Origin: Bryobacterales bacterium
GTDB lineage: Bacteria > Acidobacteriota > Terriglobia > Bryobacterales > UBA6623
Assembly (NCBI GenBank): GCA_965226385.1
Contig: OZ245359.1
Span: 2,315,301-2,379,300, forward strand
Direction: 5' to 3'
Length of the DNA stretch: 64,000 nt
Position 1 is the stretch's first letter. Each line of letters opens with the position of its first letter. Made by a program: the position numbers and the translations under genes. Shown in pieces: positions 39,559 through 49,165 of this stretch. The notes beneath the pieces were generated by a model that worked only from the letters and a program-made list of their open reading frames with translations, was not told the origin of the DNA and searched no databases.

Positions 39559-41037
39559 TTGAAAGAACCTGATTCAACTGACTTGGATCGTGCTTTCAGC
39601 AACCAGCGTGTCATCGTTGTGGCACCTATGCCACCGGAGAAAAGTGCTTATGCCCTGGCACGTTACAGTCGCTCACCGGATTCTGTAAAGGACAGTCTGG
39701 CTTGGGTCAGGGATCACAGTTCAGAGAAATTCCTGGACAGTTTTTATTTTCAGTACGGCCATGCCTCGATTGCTGACTTGGGTCATTGTATTTTCTGTTT
39801 TGAGGGCATTTCCGAACTGGCTGCCATCGAAATCGAGGATGAGCAGCTTTGGGATGGCCAGGCCAAGTCGAGCCGTTACCAGGATTTTTCGCGAGGGAAG
39901 ACCATCGTCCCCGGAGAACTCAAGGGAACAGACTCCGTGCATGTTTACACGAAAGCTGCTTCGGAACTGCTGACTGGCTATCTTGACCTGCACAAGAGAT
40001 TGAATGAATATCTGGTTGAGCAGCATCCCAAGCCTGAGGAGATGAAGGGTGGTGCTTATCGGCGTACTATTGCTGCCCGGGCGTACGATGTGGCGCGATA
40101 CCTGTTGTTCTCCGGTATTTCTACGAATGTCGGTCAGGTCACAAGCATCCGTACTCTCGAAAAGCAGATGCGTCGCATGGGGGTCTCAGAGTACGACGAG
40201 GTCCGGGGTCTGGCTGTCGAAATGCATGAGGCCTGTGCTGCGCCACCGGCTTGCTCCCTGGATGGTTCCTTCGCTCAGGAGGCACTTGCGCCAACATTGG
40301 CGAAGTACGCCGAACCGGACCGGGCACGCAGTTCCGCACTGGAGCGGGTTGAAGCTTGGGCAAGCCAGAATTTTGATCCAGGAAGTTATGAACAGCCGCA
40401 GGATGTGGATCTGGTCAAGCCAGCCGATTCCCTGGATGAAATTTCGGCCAGCTGGCTCTATGCGGTCACCAGTCATCCCTTTCGTGTCATCCAGGATGTA
40501 GTAAGTAGCTGGAGTCGGAACCGGCGGCTGGAAGTGCTGGAAGTGGCCCTGCAGGATCGCAAACGCCACGACGAGTTGTTGCAGCCATTCCGGAGCGGTT
40601 ATCGCTACATCTTCGACATTGTCATGGATATAGGGGCTTACAGGGATATTCATCGCCATCGCCGTTGCCAGCAGATCCGGCAGAAGTTCTCGGATACCCT
40701 AGGTTACGAGTATCCTGCTCTGTTGGCAGAAGCTGGTGTTCAGGAGCAGTATGAGCAAGCCTTGCAAATGGCGGCAACTGCCAGAGCCAGTATCCGGCCT
40801 GTATCGGAATCTGCCAGCCACTACTTGCTGCCGTTTGCTACGCGTTGCCGTTCCCTGTACAAGATGGATTATGCAGAAGCAGAATATATCGCACGTGTCC
40901 GGTCCGGAGTGAAGGGTCATTTTTCCTACCGCAAGGTTGCCTGGGAAATGCGGGAACGCATCATGGCAGCTGAACCGGAGCTTGGCGCGTTCATGCAGGC
41001 TACCCCTCCAGGTGAAGAGGATGCGCTGACGCGCTGA
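39559..41037 (+). CDS. thyX: FAD-dependent thymidylate synthase, tandem two-domain form
   Basis: ARYSRS, FYFQYGHASIADL, AKSSRYQDF, DVARYLL, RDIHRHRR and GHFSYRKVAW. Confidence 0.85.
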   Translation: MKEPDSTDLDRAFSNQRVIVVAPMPPEKSAYALARYSRSPDSVKDSLAWVRDHSSEKFLDSFYFQYGHASIADLGHCIFCFEGISELAAIEIEDEQLWDGQAKSSRYQDFSRGKTIVPGELKGTDSVHVYTKAASELLTGYLDLHKRLNEYLVEQHPKPEEMKGGAYRRTIAARAYDVARYLLFSGISTNVGQVTSIRTLEKQMRRMGVSEYDEVRGLAVEMHEACAAPPACSLDGSFAQEALAPTLAKYAEPDRARSSALERVEAWASQNFDPGSYEQPQDVDLVKPADSLDEISASWLYAVTSHPFRVIQDVVSSWSRNRRLEVLEVALQDRKRHDELLQPFRSGYRYIFDIVMDIGAYRDIHRHRRCQQIRQKFSDTLGYEYPALLAEAGVQEQYEQALQMAATARASIRPVSESASHYLLPFATRCRSLYKMDYAEAEYIARVRSGVKGHFSYRKVAWEMRERIMAAEPELGAFMQATPPGEEDALTR

Positions 41038-41041
41038 GAGC

Positions 41042-41698
41042 GTGATGATCCGCGGCGTCATCTTTGATCTCGACGGCACGCTGGGGGATACCCTGCCAGT
41101 CTGTTACAAAGCGTTTTCGCGAGTACTTTCCCAGCGGCTTGGTCGTGAATTCAGCAATCAGCAGATCCATGCCATGTTCGGTCCGAGTGAGGAAGGCATC
41201 CTGCAGAGACTTTGTCCGGACGATACAGCTGCAGCACTTGAGGAATATCTGGAAGAGTACCGTGCAGCCCATGTACTTTGTCCGCATCCTTTCGAGGGGA
41301 TACGGGAAATCCTTGATCGACTGCAGGAACAGGGAACGCAACTGGCCGTCGTGACGGGAAAAGGTCCCGGCAGTGCAAAAATCAGCCTTGAGTTGCTTGG
41401 ACTTGCGGGGAAATTTTCTTCAGTCGAAGCTGGTTCTCCCACTGGAGGGGTAAAGCCTGAAGCCATGCAGCGAGTGATTGAGGACTGGAAGTTTCCCAGG
41501 GGCGAGGTTGCCAGTGTTGGTGACGCGCCCTCCGATATAAGTTCGGCCAGACAGGTGGGAATAAAAAGTGCAGCGGCAGCCTGGGCTTCCGGTGCGGATG
41601 CTGTCCGGCTCGAATCCTGCAGACCCGATGTTCTGTTTCATCACGTGGCAGGCTTCAGCAAGTGGATTGAAAGTACGACCGTTCCACTTACACGATAA
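41042..41698 (+). CDS. HAD-family hydrolase (phosphatase)
   Basis: FDLDGTLGDT, VVTGK, KP and VGDAPSD. Confidence 0.9.
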   Translation: MMIRGVIFDLDGTLGDTLPVCYKAFSRVLSQRLGREFSNQQIHAMFGPSEEGILQRLCPDDTAAALEEYLEEYRAAHVLCPHPFEGIREILDRLQEQGTQLAVVTGKGPGSAKISLELLGLAGKFSSVEAGSPTGGVKPEAMQRVIEDWKFPRGEVASVGDAPSDISSARQVGIKSAAAAWASGADAVRLESCRPDVLFHHVAGFSKWIESTTVPLTR

Positions 41699-42731
41699 GC
41701 ATGCAGTCACCGTAGCTGTAAAAACGGTATTTTCGCTCGACAGCATGCGCATAGGCCTTCATGACAAGCTCTTTTCCTGCGAATGCAGAAACAAGCATCA
41801 GCAGCGTTGACCGGGGCAGGTGGAAATTCGTGAGCATCGCATCCACAGCCTGGAACTGGAACCCCGGAGTGATGAAGATGTTCGTGCTGCCCTTTGTGTG
41901 CTGCAGTGGAGCTGCATGTTGTAGTGCGATATGTTCCAGTGTTCTGACGCAAGTTGTACCAACAGCAATAACCCGCCTGGCGTTTTGAATTGTTTCTGCG
42001 GATTCAAGTGGCAGATCGAACTGCTCGGAATGCATGGGATGATCCTCGACTTGTTCTGTTTTTACAGGCTGGAACGTACCAAGCCCGACATGCAGGGTTA
42101 GCTCGGCAAGAGTAGCCCCCTTCCTGATGATTTCCGATAACAGGTTCTTATCAAAGTGCAGTCCTGCGGTGGGTGCGGCAACAGATCCCTTGTTATGTGC
42201 ATAGATTGTCTGGTAGCGTTCACGATCAAGTTCGTTATCTTTTCGCCTGATGTAGGGGGGCAAGGGGATGTTGCCGTGATTGTCAAGTAGCTGGTTCAGG
42301 GCGATTTCGTCCAGATCAGGAAACTCAATGATTCGTGTCGCGTCCTGTTCGCGATTCAGGATGCGAATTCTGACTCCGTTTGTGTCAACCATCGAACCGC
42401 AAGGCAGCTTGCGGCCCGGTTTGACAAGAGCCTGCCAGCGCAAGGGGTGGATGCTGACGGATTTGAGCAGCAGGAGCTCAACTGCACCGCCCGGGGTATG
42501 ACCTGCAGACAGAACTCTTTGCCCATGAAGACGAGCAGGGAGAACTCTGCTGTTATTCACTACCAGACAATCGCCGTTTCGTATCCACTGTGGCAGCTGG
42601 TGGACATGGGAATCCTGCAAGTTGGCTTCCTGACGATCGAGAACAAGCATGCGACTTGCACTGCGCTCTGCAAGGGGATACTGGGCGATCAGTTCAGGTG
42701 GAAGCGTGAAATCAAATTCGGAAACACGCAA
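41688..42731 (-). CDS. queA: S-adenosylmethionine:tRNA ribosyltransferase-isomerase
   Basis: FDFTLPPELIAQYP, PLPPYI, GSVAAPTAGLHF, TNFHLPRSTL and YRFYSYGD. Confidence 0.96.
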   Translation of the reverse strand: MRVSEFDFTLPPELIAQYPLAERSASRMLVLDRQEANLQDSHVHQLPQWIRNGDCLVVNNSRVLPARLHGQRVLSAGHTPGGAVELLLLKSVSIHPLRWQALVKPGRKLPCGSMVDTNGVRIRILNREQDATRIIEFPDLDEIALNQLLDNHGNIPLPPYIRRKDNELDRERYQTIYAHNKGSVAAPTAGLHFDKNLLSEIIRKGATLAELTLHVGLGTFQPVKTEQVEDHPMHSEQFDLPLESAETIQNARRVIAVGTTCVRTLEHIALQHAAPLQHTKGSTNIFITPGFQFQAVDAMLTNFHLPRSTLLMLVSAFAGKELVMKAYAHAVERKYRFYSYGDCMLIV

Positions 42732-42886
42732 GTAACCATTGTAGGAATGCCGGCTTCGAGCTGCCTGGAATACTCTGGAAGGAAAAGCAATAGCTGGCAT
42801 GGTTTGCTCGGGTAAGATGTTTTGAAATCAAAAATCGCCGCTGGTGAATTCACAGTTTCTTAACAGACTCACAACCACCTGTTCAC

Positions 42887-43225
42887 ATGAAGCAGCTTGA
42901 GTACAAGGCGGCGATGCGCAGCGGTGTCGTGATTGTCGCGGACCGATGGTTCGCGAGCAGCACGACATGCTCGGGCTGCGGTCTGCGGCTGAACCGTCTG
43001 CCGCTAGCGGTTCGCACGTGGACATGCTCGGGCGGCGGCATGGCGCATGACCGCGACGTGAATGCCGCGCTCAATCTAAAGAACTACGCCGTGAGTTCCA
43101 CGGTGTCTGCCTGTGGAGGGGAAGGCTCTGGCATTGGCGGCAACGCCAAGACGAAACCGGCCCCGCGAAGCAGGAAGTCAGCTTTGAACCCGTTTAGGCA
43201 AGTTTGATTAGGTATGACAGAACGG
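42887..43225 (+). mobile_element. tnpB: tnpB 3' fragment with right end / omegaRNA region (IS607-like), copy 2
   Basis: QLEYKA, DRWFASSTTCSGCG, WTC...HDRDVNAALNL (zinc finger plus RuvC-III), followed by the end sequence ...GACAGAACGG. Confidence 0.85.
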
Positions 43226-43309
43226 AGACAAGGAGAGCGGAGACCTCTGCGGGATTCTCAATAGTCTTGTAAGTCAACGCGACTGCATAGAACAGCATGG
43301 CTGAGTGCC

Positions 43310-43341
43310 TTGGCACTCAGGTATGTAATTCCCTAAACTTA
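43310..43341 (+). repeat. 32-bp dispersed repeat, IS1595-like terminal sequence, copy 2
   Basis: TTGGCACTCAGGTATGTAATTCCCTAAACTTA. Overlaps the palindrome CTGAGTGCC-TT-GGCACTCAG (43301-43320). Confidence 0.7.
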
Positions 43342-43451
43342 ATCATTAAGCGAACAGCAGTATGCTGGCCACTAGTAGTAGTGCTTCAAATTGTCACACC
43401 CACTGGGTTTTTTACACTTCGACACTGGTTGTGAAACGCCAAGAATGATCC

Positions 43452-45257
43452 ATGGCCTACAAGCCAATTGAAAACTACGGAGTAATCGGCGACATGCACT
43501 CGGTCGCCCTGGTCGCCAATGACGGCTCCATCGACTGGTGCTGCTTGCCTCACTTCGATTCTCCCAGTGTGTTCGCCTCGATCCTTGACTACAAAAAGGG
43601 TGGACATTTCAGGATTTCCACACTGCATCAAAGTTCACACCGTCAGCTTTACCTGCCTGAAACCAACATTCTCATTACCCGTTTTTTGAGCAAGGAGGGT
43701 GTTGGTGAAGTCACCGACTTCATGCCCGTTGTTGCCCGTCACAAGAAGAAAGCTCATCAGATCATTCGGATCGCTAAAGCAGTCCGTGGAAGTCTGCACT
43801 TTGTAATGGAATGCCAGCCAGCCTACGACTATGCAAGGGCAAGGCATGAAACCGTGCTGCACCCACAGGGTGTTGTATTTGAAGCCGAGGGTGCCGCCTT
43901 TTCATTAAAGAGCCCTGTTCCCTTGAAAAAGGACGGACACGGTGTCACTTCAAACTTCGTTCTAAATCCAGGTGAACAGGCAATCTTCATATTTAGCTAC
44001 TACAAGAACAGCAATGACATCGCGATATATGAGAACGATGTTAATGGGCAGGAAGAACTCCGGCGCACAACAAGGTTCTGGCGGCAATGGCTTTACCGTG
44101 GCAAGTACAACGGACGCTGGCGCGAGCACGTCGAGCGGTCAGCTCTGGCACTGAAGCTGCTTACATTTGAACCCACTGGTGCCATTGTCGCCGCTGCAAC
44201 ATGCAGCCTTCCCGAGGAAATCGGAGGGGAACGGAACTGGGACTACCGCTATACCTGGATTCGTGATGCGGCCTTTACCATTTACGCATTCCTGAGGCTT
44301 GGCTACAAGGAAGAAGCAACCCAGTTCATGCAATGGCTTGAGAACCGTGTCAGGGAACAGGATGCCCACACCGGCCCCTTGCAGATCATGTATCGCATTG
44401 ACGGCAGCTCTGAAATACCGGAATTCCAGCTGGATCACCTTGAGGGTTATCGTGGCTCCGGCCCTGTTCGAATCGGTAACGCTGCAGCAGACCAGTTGCA
44501 GCTTGATATCTATGGCGAGTTAATCGACTCGGTCTACATGTACGACAAGTACGTCACCAGGATTTCATATGACTTCTGGCTGATGGTGCGGAGAATGCTG
44601 CGTTGGGTGGCACGCCATTGGAACAACCCCGATGAAGGAATATGGGAAGTCCGCATGGAAAGACAACAATTCGTCTATTCCAAGATGCAGTGCTGGGTCG
44701 CAATTGACCGCGGTCTGCGGCTAGCGCAGAAGCACGGTTTGCCAAACAACCGTGAATGGCTGCGCAGCATGCGGGATCGCATTTACGAGTCCATCATGCA
44801 GAACGGCTGGAATGCTGATCGGAACTCCTTTGTGCAATGTTATGGCTCGGATGCCCTGGATGCCAGTAACCTGCTGATGCCACTGGTTCGCTTTGTCTCT
44901 CCCTCGGATCCTCGCATGCAGGGAACAATCGACCGCATTCTAGAAGAGTTGACTTCGGATTCCCTCGTCTACCGTTACGAAGTTGGAAAAGGCTCCGGTG
45001 ACGGACTCGCCGGGCAGGAAGGGACTTTCAGCGTCTGTACTTTCTGGCTGGTGGAAGCCCTCACACTTGCAGGGCGCACCGATGAAGCCCGGCTGATCTT
45101 TGAAAAGATGCTGACCTATGCAAACCCGTTGGGTCTTTATGCCGAGCAGATCGGGCCCCAAGGGGATGCGCTGGGTAATTTCCCCCAGGCTCTCACTCAC
45201 CTCGGACTGATCAGTGCTGCCTTCGCATTGAACCGTAAATTGTCGAGTAACGATTGA
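43452..45257 (+). CDS. Glycoside hydrolase family 15 (trehalase/glucoamylase-like)
   Basis: IENYGVIGD, RNWDYRYTWIRDA, QLDIYGE, PDEGIWEVR and GNFPQALTH. Confidence 0.95.
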   Translation: MAYKPIENYGVIGDMHSVALVANDGSIDWCCLPHFDSPSVFASILDYKKGGHFRISTLHQSSHRQLYLPETNILITRFLSKEGVGEVTDFMPVVARHKKKAHQIIRIAKAVRGSLHFVMECQPAYDYARARHETVLHPQGVVFEAEGAAFSLKSPVPLKKDGHGVTSNFVLNPGEQAIFIFSYYKNSNDIAIYENDVNGQEELRRTTRFWRQWLYRGKYNGRWREHVERSALALKLLTFEPTGAIVAAATCSLPEEIGGERNWDYRYTWIRDAAFTIYAFLRLGYKEEATQFMQWLENRVREQDAHTGPLQIMYRIDGSSEIPEFQLDHLEGYRGSGPVRIGNAAADQLQLDIYGELIDSVYMYDKYVTRISYDFWLMVRRMLRWVARHWNNPDEGIWEVRMERQQFVYSKMQCWVAIDRGLRLAQKHGLPNNREWLRSMRDRIYESIMQNGWNADRNSFVQCYGSDALDASNLLMPLVRFVSPSDPRMQGTIDRILEELTSDSLVYRYEVGKGSGDGLAGQEGTFSVCTFWLVEALTLAGRTDEARLIFEKMLTYANPLGLYAEQIGPQGDALGNFPQALTHLGLISAAFALNRKLSSND

Positions 45258-45313
45258 GTACCTGGATCCGTAGTTTTTCTTGAAAATCAGGAACCCCCCG
45301 GAGTCGGGTCACT

Positions 45314-45994
45314 TCAAGCCGAACGGTATTCTTCCTGCAGCTCTGCCTGCCCGGTCGAATCAGACTGTTCAGTCCCGGAAGCCTCGCTGATTGCACGGGC
45401 TTCGCTTGCGTCAATCATGTTGGTTTGCTTCCAGGTATGCACAATACGATGGATCACTGTCAGGTTCGAAAGTACAGCGATTACCCACAAAACTGCCGCC
45501 ATGCGATTGAACAAGCTGCCAATGATCAAAAGCACGATCCGCTCCGGTCGCTCCAGAAATCCCACCTTGCAAGCTGGAATCACGTTCTCGGACCTGGCTC
45601 GGCTATAGCTCACAAGAACCGAACCCATCATGGCTACCGCTGTCAGCACAACGAAGCTGAAATGGTCAGTCCGCGCATAGTAGACCAGCAGTCCCGTCAG
45701 CAGGATCATGTCAGAGTAACGGTCCATGACCGAATCCAGGAATCCTCCAAACCGGGTGACCTTGTTGGCATTGCGTGCAACGGCCCCATCTATGAGGTCA
45801 AAGACAGCTGCACCAAGTATCACGAATCCCGCATAGAGAAATTCACCACCGACGAGTATCCAGGCTGCTACACCATTGAAAAGCAGCCCTATCAGTGTCA
45901 GGATATTGGGATGGATTCCGCTGAGGGTCAGCAAGCTGACCAGTCGTGTCAGGATGAACCCGCAACCCTTTCCGATGACTCCCGTAAATGACAT
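45314..45994 (-). CDS. CDP-alcohol phosphatidyltransferase
   Basis: HPNILT, DLIDGAVAR...FGGFLDSVMDRYSD and VSYSRARSE. Confidence 0.93.
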   Translation of the reverse strand: MSFTGVIGKGCGFILTRLVSLLTLSGIHPNILTLIGLLFNGVAAWILVGGEFLYAGFVILGAAVFDLIDGAVARNANKVTRFGGFLDSVMDRYSDMILLTGLLVYYARTDHFSFVVLTAVAMMGSVLVSYSRARSENVIPACKVGFLERPERIVLLIIGSLFNRMAAVLWVIAVLSNLTVIHRIVHTWKQTNMIDASEARAISEASGTEQSDSTGQAELQEEYRSA

Positions 45995-46009
45995 GCTCTG
46001 AGTACTGTG

Positions 46010-46486
46010 TTACTTGCTGTAAATGGTTTCGAGCTTCAAGACCTCGAATTCCTTTCGTCCACCAGGTGTATTGACAATAACAACATCGCCATCGCGCTTA
46101 CCCAACAAGGCCCGCCCAATCGGAGAGGTTGTCGAAATCTTGCCAGCAGAGACATCGGTCTCTTCTGAAGTGACCAGTTCATAAGTCACCTCCCTGTCCT
46201 CCAATAATTCATAAAGGACTACCGTCGAACCCAGGCCAATGGCATCCTTTGGGATCCTGGACATATCGACCATACGCAACTGCCCAAGTCGGGTCGTCAG
46301 CTTGGCCAGGCGGTTACCTAGCAGACTCTGTCGTTCCTTGACAGCAGAATACTCTGCATTTTCACTGAGGTCTCCAAGTTCCCTGGCTTTCTGGATCTCC
46401 TTGGGCAACTCGCTACGGAGTTCATGTTCCATAATCCGAATCTCTTCTTCCAGCTTCTTGATAATTGCCAGTTGATGTACCGCCAT
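46010..46486 (-). CDS. greA: Transcription elongation factor GreA
   Basis: ARELGDLSENAEY and ISTTSPIGRALLG. Confidence 0.95.
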   Translation of the reverse strand: MAVHQLAIIKKLEEEIRIMEHELRSELPKEIQKARELGDLSENAEYSAVKERQSLLGNRLAKLTTRLGQLRMVDMSRIPKDAIGLGSTVVLYELLEDREVTYELVTSEETDVSAGKISTTSPIGRALLGKRDGDVVIVNTPGGRKEFEVLKLETIYSK

Positions 46487-46599
46487 TATGCTCTCTCAGC
46501 CAGCGTCTCGGACACAGGTGGATCAATCCCTCTCTACAGAGCAACATGACAACCGTGTCGGTCTGCCAACTGGATTACCTGCTTTCAATTATAGAAGCT

Positions 46600-47628
46600 T
46601 CATTCAGTAGAAACCTGTCCCAGAGCAACGGGTCTGTCTTCTGATGCTGATTTATAAACTCCCAGCACTAGCTTCAGTGCAGCCAGACCTTCTTCCCCAT
46701 TTACCAGCGGCTCACGATTCTGCACAATCGACTCTCCGAAATCCAGGAACTGACGCTTCAGGTTCTCGATGGAAATTGCCATCGGGTCTGCTGCTCCAGA
46801 ATCCGAAGCAGTCGCAACCGGAGCTGCATCCCCCTCATCATCCTGCACATCCCATGTCGTAAGCTGGTCACCCGTTATGATCGCTGTTCCCTTGCTGCCG
46901 TGGATTTCGATTCGTTCGGAATAACCGGGCCAGACTGCTGTAGCAGCCTGCAGAACTCCGCCTGCCCCGTTTTCATAGACCAACACCACGTTGAGCAGAT
47001 CTTCTGATTCCATCTTGTGGGCAGCTCCCAGTTGCCAATGGGCAAATACACGACTTACTGCACCTCCCAGGTACTGCATGACATCTGCTGTATGGATTCC
47101 CTGGTTGATCAGGGCACCTCCACCCTCTACTGCCCAGGTTCCTTTTCCAGGTGGATCGTAATAGCTCTGTGGACGATGCCATTTCACGTATCCATCCACT
47201 TGCAGCAACTGCCCCAGGCGTCCTTGAGCAATGGCCTTTTTGAGAAAAATGCAACATGTATCAAACCGGTGCTGGCTGACCACGCCAAGACGGACTCCTG
47301 CCTGATTGCACAACTTGATCATCTGACGGCATTCATCCAGCGTGAGTGCCATGGGCTTTTGCAACAGGACGTGCTTGCCATTTGCAACTGCTTCCCTGCA
47401 GATAGACAGGTGTGAATCTGGAAACGTACAAACATCCACATAATCTATGTCGCTTCTTTTACAAAGCTCCCGGTAGTCAGAAGTGACTGCACAGCCATAT
47501 TTGGCTGCAAACGCCTCAGCTTTCTGCTGGCTGCGATTCGTGCAGGCTACAAGTTCGTAGCCAATCTCCTTGTAGCTGTCTCCGTGTTTGTGGGAAATCG
47601 CTCCTGTTCCAATCAGTCCAACTCGCAT
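46600..47628 (-). CDS. Gfo/Idh/MocA family oxidoreductase
   Basis: GLIGTGAI, GKHVLLQKPMA, QHRF and GGGALINQGIH. Confidence 0.92.
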   Translation of the reverse strand: MRVGLIGTGAISHKHGDSYKEIGYELVACTNRSQQKAEAFAAKYGCAVTSDYRELCKRSDIDYVDVCTFPDSHLSICREAVANGKHVLLQKPMALTLDECRQMIKLCNQAGVRLGVVSQHRFDTCCIFLKKAIAQGRLGQLLQVDGYVKWHRPQSYYDPPGKGTWAVEGGGALINQGIHTADVMQYLGGAVSRVFAHWQLGAAHKMESEDLLNVVLVYENGAGGVLQAATAVWPGYSERIEIHGSKGTAIITGDQLTTWDVQDDEGDAAPVATASDSGAADPMAISIENLKRQFLDFGESIVQNREPLVNGEEGLAALKLVLGVYKSASEDRPVALGQVSTE

Positions 47629-47807
47629 ATTCCAGTCCTAACTCGCTAATTCCTTAGATGATGAGTGTTGCATGCCGGTAATTCACCCTTGCAATGGTCT
47701 TGATGAGGATCCATAAAAACTTCTCCATAATGCATAACCTGTTTCTAATCAATAATATAGATCACATCAAGCTCGATGCATTGGCACTGACGGACCACTG
47801 CTGAATA

Positions 47808-49088
47808 CTATACAACCGCCAGACGCTCCAGTCCCCTGTACCCTATGTCTCGCCTGTAATGCGCCCCTTCAAAACTCACTGCCTCGACCGCACTGTAAGT
47901 CTTTTTGAGAGCTTGCTTGAGATCTCCACCAGCTGCAGTTACGGCCAGGACACGACCACCTGCAGTCAGTGTTTGTCCCCCTGACAATTTCGTGCCAGCA
48001 TGAAATACCTTGGCCCCAGTCGATTCGGCCTCGGGCAATCCCTTGATCAACCTGCCGGATGCATACTTGCCAGGATACCCTCCGGATGCCAGTACTACGC
48101 TGGCAGCGGACAACCTGCCCGAACTGATGAGAGATGAATCAAGAGCTCCTCGCGATGCCGTTTCCAGGAGTCCTGCAAAATCCCCTTCCATCGAAAGCAT
48201 CATCGGTTGCGTTTCCGGATCTCCCAGACGGACATTGAACTCCAGTACCTTGGGTCCCTCTGAAGTCATGATCAAACCACAATACAGGAATCCCGAGAAT
48301 CTGGTGCCTCGCCTGAGCATACCTTCAAGGGTTGGCTCAATGATTGTCCGGACAATGGTTTCCTGCATTTCAGCAGTCAGGATCGAAGCATCACAGTAAG
48401 CCCCCATACCACCCGTGTTTGGTCCTTCGTCCCCGTCTAGTGCTCGCTTGTGATCCTGGGTTGCAGGCAACACGCAGTACGACTCCCCGTCTGCAAGCAC
48501 CATGAAGCTGACTTCCTCGCCACTGAGAAACTGTTCGACCACTATCCGGCGTCCCGCATCGCCCACCAGCTCACCTGCCAGCATCCTGTGGGCACAAGCA
48601 AGTGCTTCCTGTTCATCCTGAACGATCACAACACCCTTTCCTGCAGCAAGTCCATCTGCTTTCAATGCAACTGGATAGCCAAAGCGACTGATCGTTTTAC
48701 CGATTTGGCTCTCCTCTTCAAGTAGCACATATTCTGCGGTTGGGAGGTTGATTTCACGCAAGAAATCCTTGGTGAAGACCTTGCTGCCCTCAAGGCGGGA
48801 TGCTAGCCGTGAGGGACCTACGATGGCAAGCCCCTGGGCCTCGAACTCATTCACGATGCCGGCCACCAGCGGAGCTTCCGGGCCAACCACTGTATAGGTC
48901 ACCCCGAGAGTCCCGGCGAGTGCAGCCATTTCCTGCGGCTTGGTGATATTCCCTGGCACGCTGGAAACATCCATCGCCGTTCCTGCGTTTCCAGGGCAGC
49001 AATAAACGTTCTGCACATTCGGACTCTGCGCAATCCGCCATGCCATCGCATGTTCACGACCCCCTCCGCCAACTACCAGGACTTTCAT
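47808..49088 (-). CDS. purD: Phosphoribosylamine--glycine ligase
   Basis: VGGGGREHA, VGPEAPL, KADGLAAGKGV, QDHKR, GPNTGGMGAY and RLGDPETQ. Confidence 0.97.
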   Translation of the reverse strand: MKVLVVGGGGREHAMAWRIAQSPNVQNVYCCPGNAGTAMDVSSVPGNITKPQEMAALAGTLGVTYTVVGPEAPLVAGIVNEFEAQGLAIVGPSRLASRLEGSKVFTKDFLREINLPTAEYVLLEEESQIGKTISRFGYPVALKADGLAAGKGVVIVQDEQEALACAHRMLAGELVGDAGRRIVVEQFLSGEEVSFMVLADGESYCVLPATQDHKRALDGDEGPNTGGMGAYCDASILTAEMQETIVRTIIEPTLEGMLRRGTRFSGFLYCGLIMTSEGPKVLEFNVRLGDPETQPMMLSMEGDFAGLLETASRGALDSSLISSGRLSAASVVLASGGYPGKYASGRLIKGLPEAESTGAKVFHAGTKLSGGQTLTAGGRVLAVTAAGGDLKQALKKTYSAVEAVSFEGAHYRRDIGYRGLERLAVV

Positions 49089-49165
49089 CACGTTTCCGAA
49101 TACCCTCTCCGACGACTCCACGAACCGCCCGACAACGCCTAGAATAACAAGAGAGAGACCTTGCA

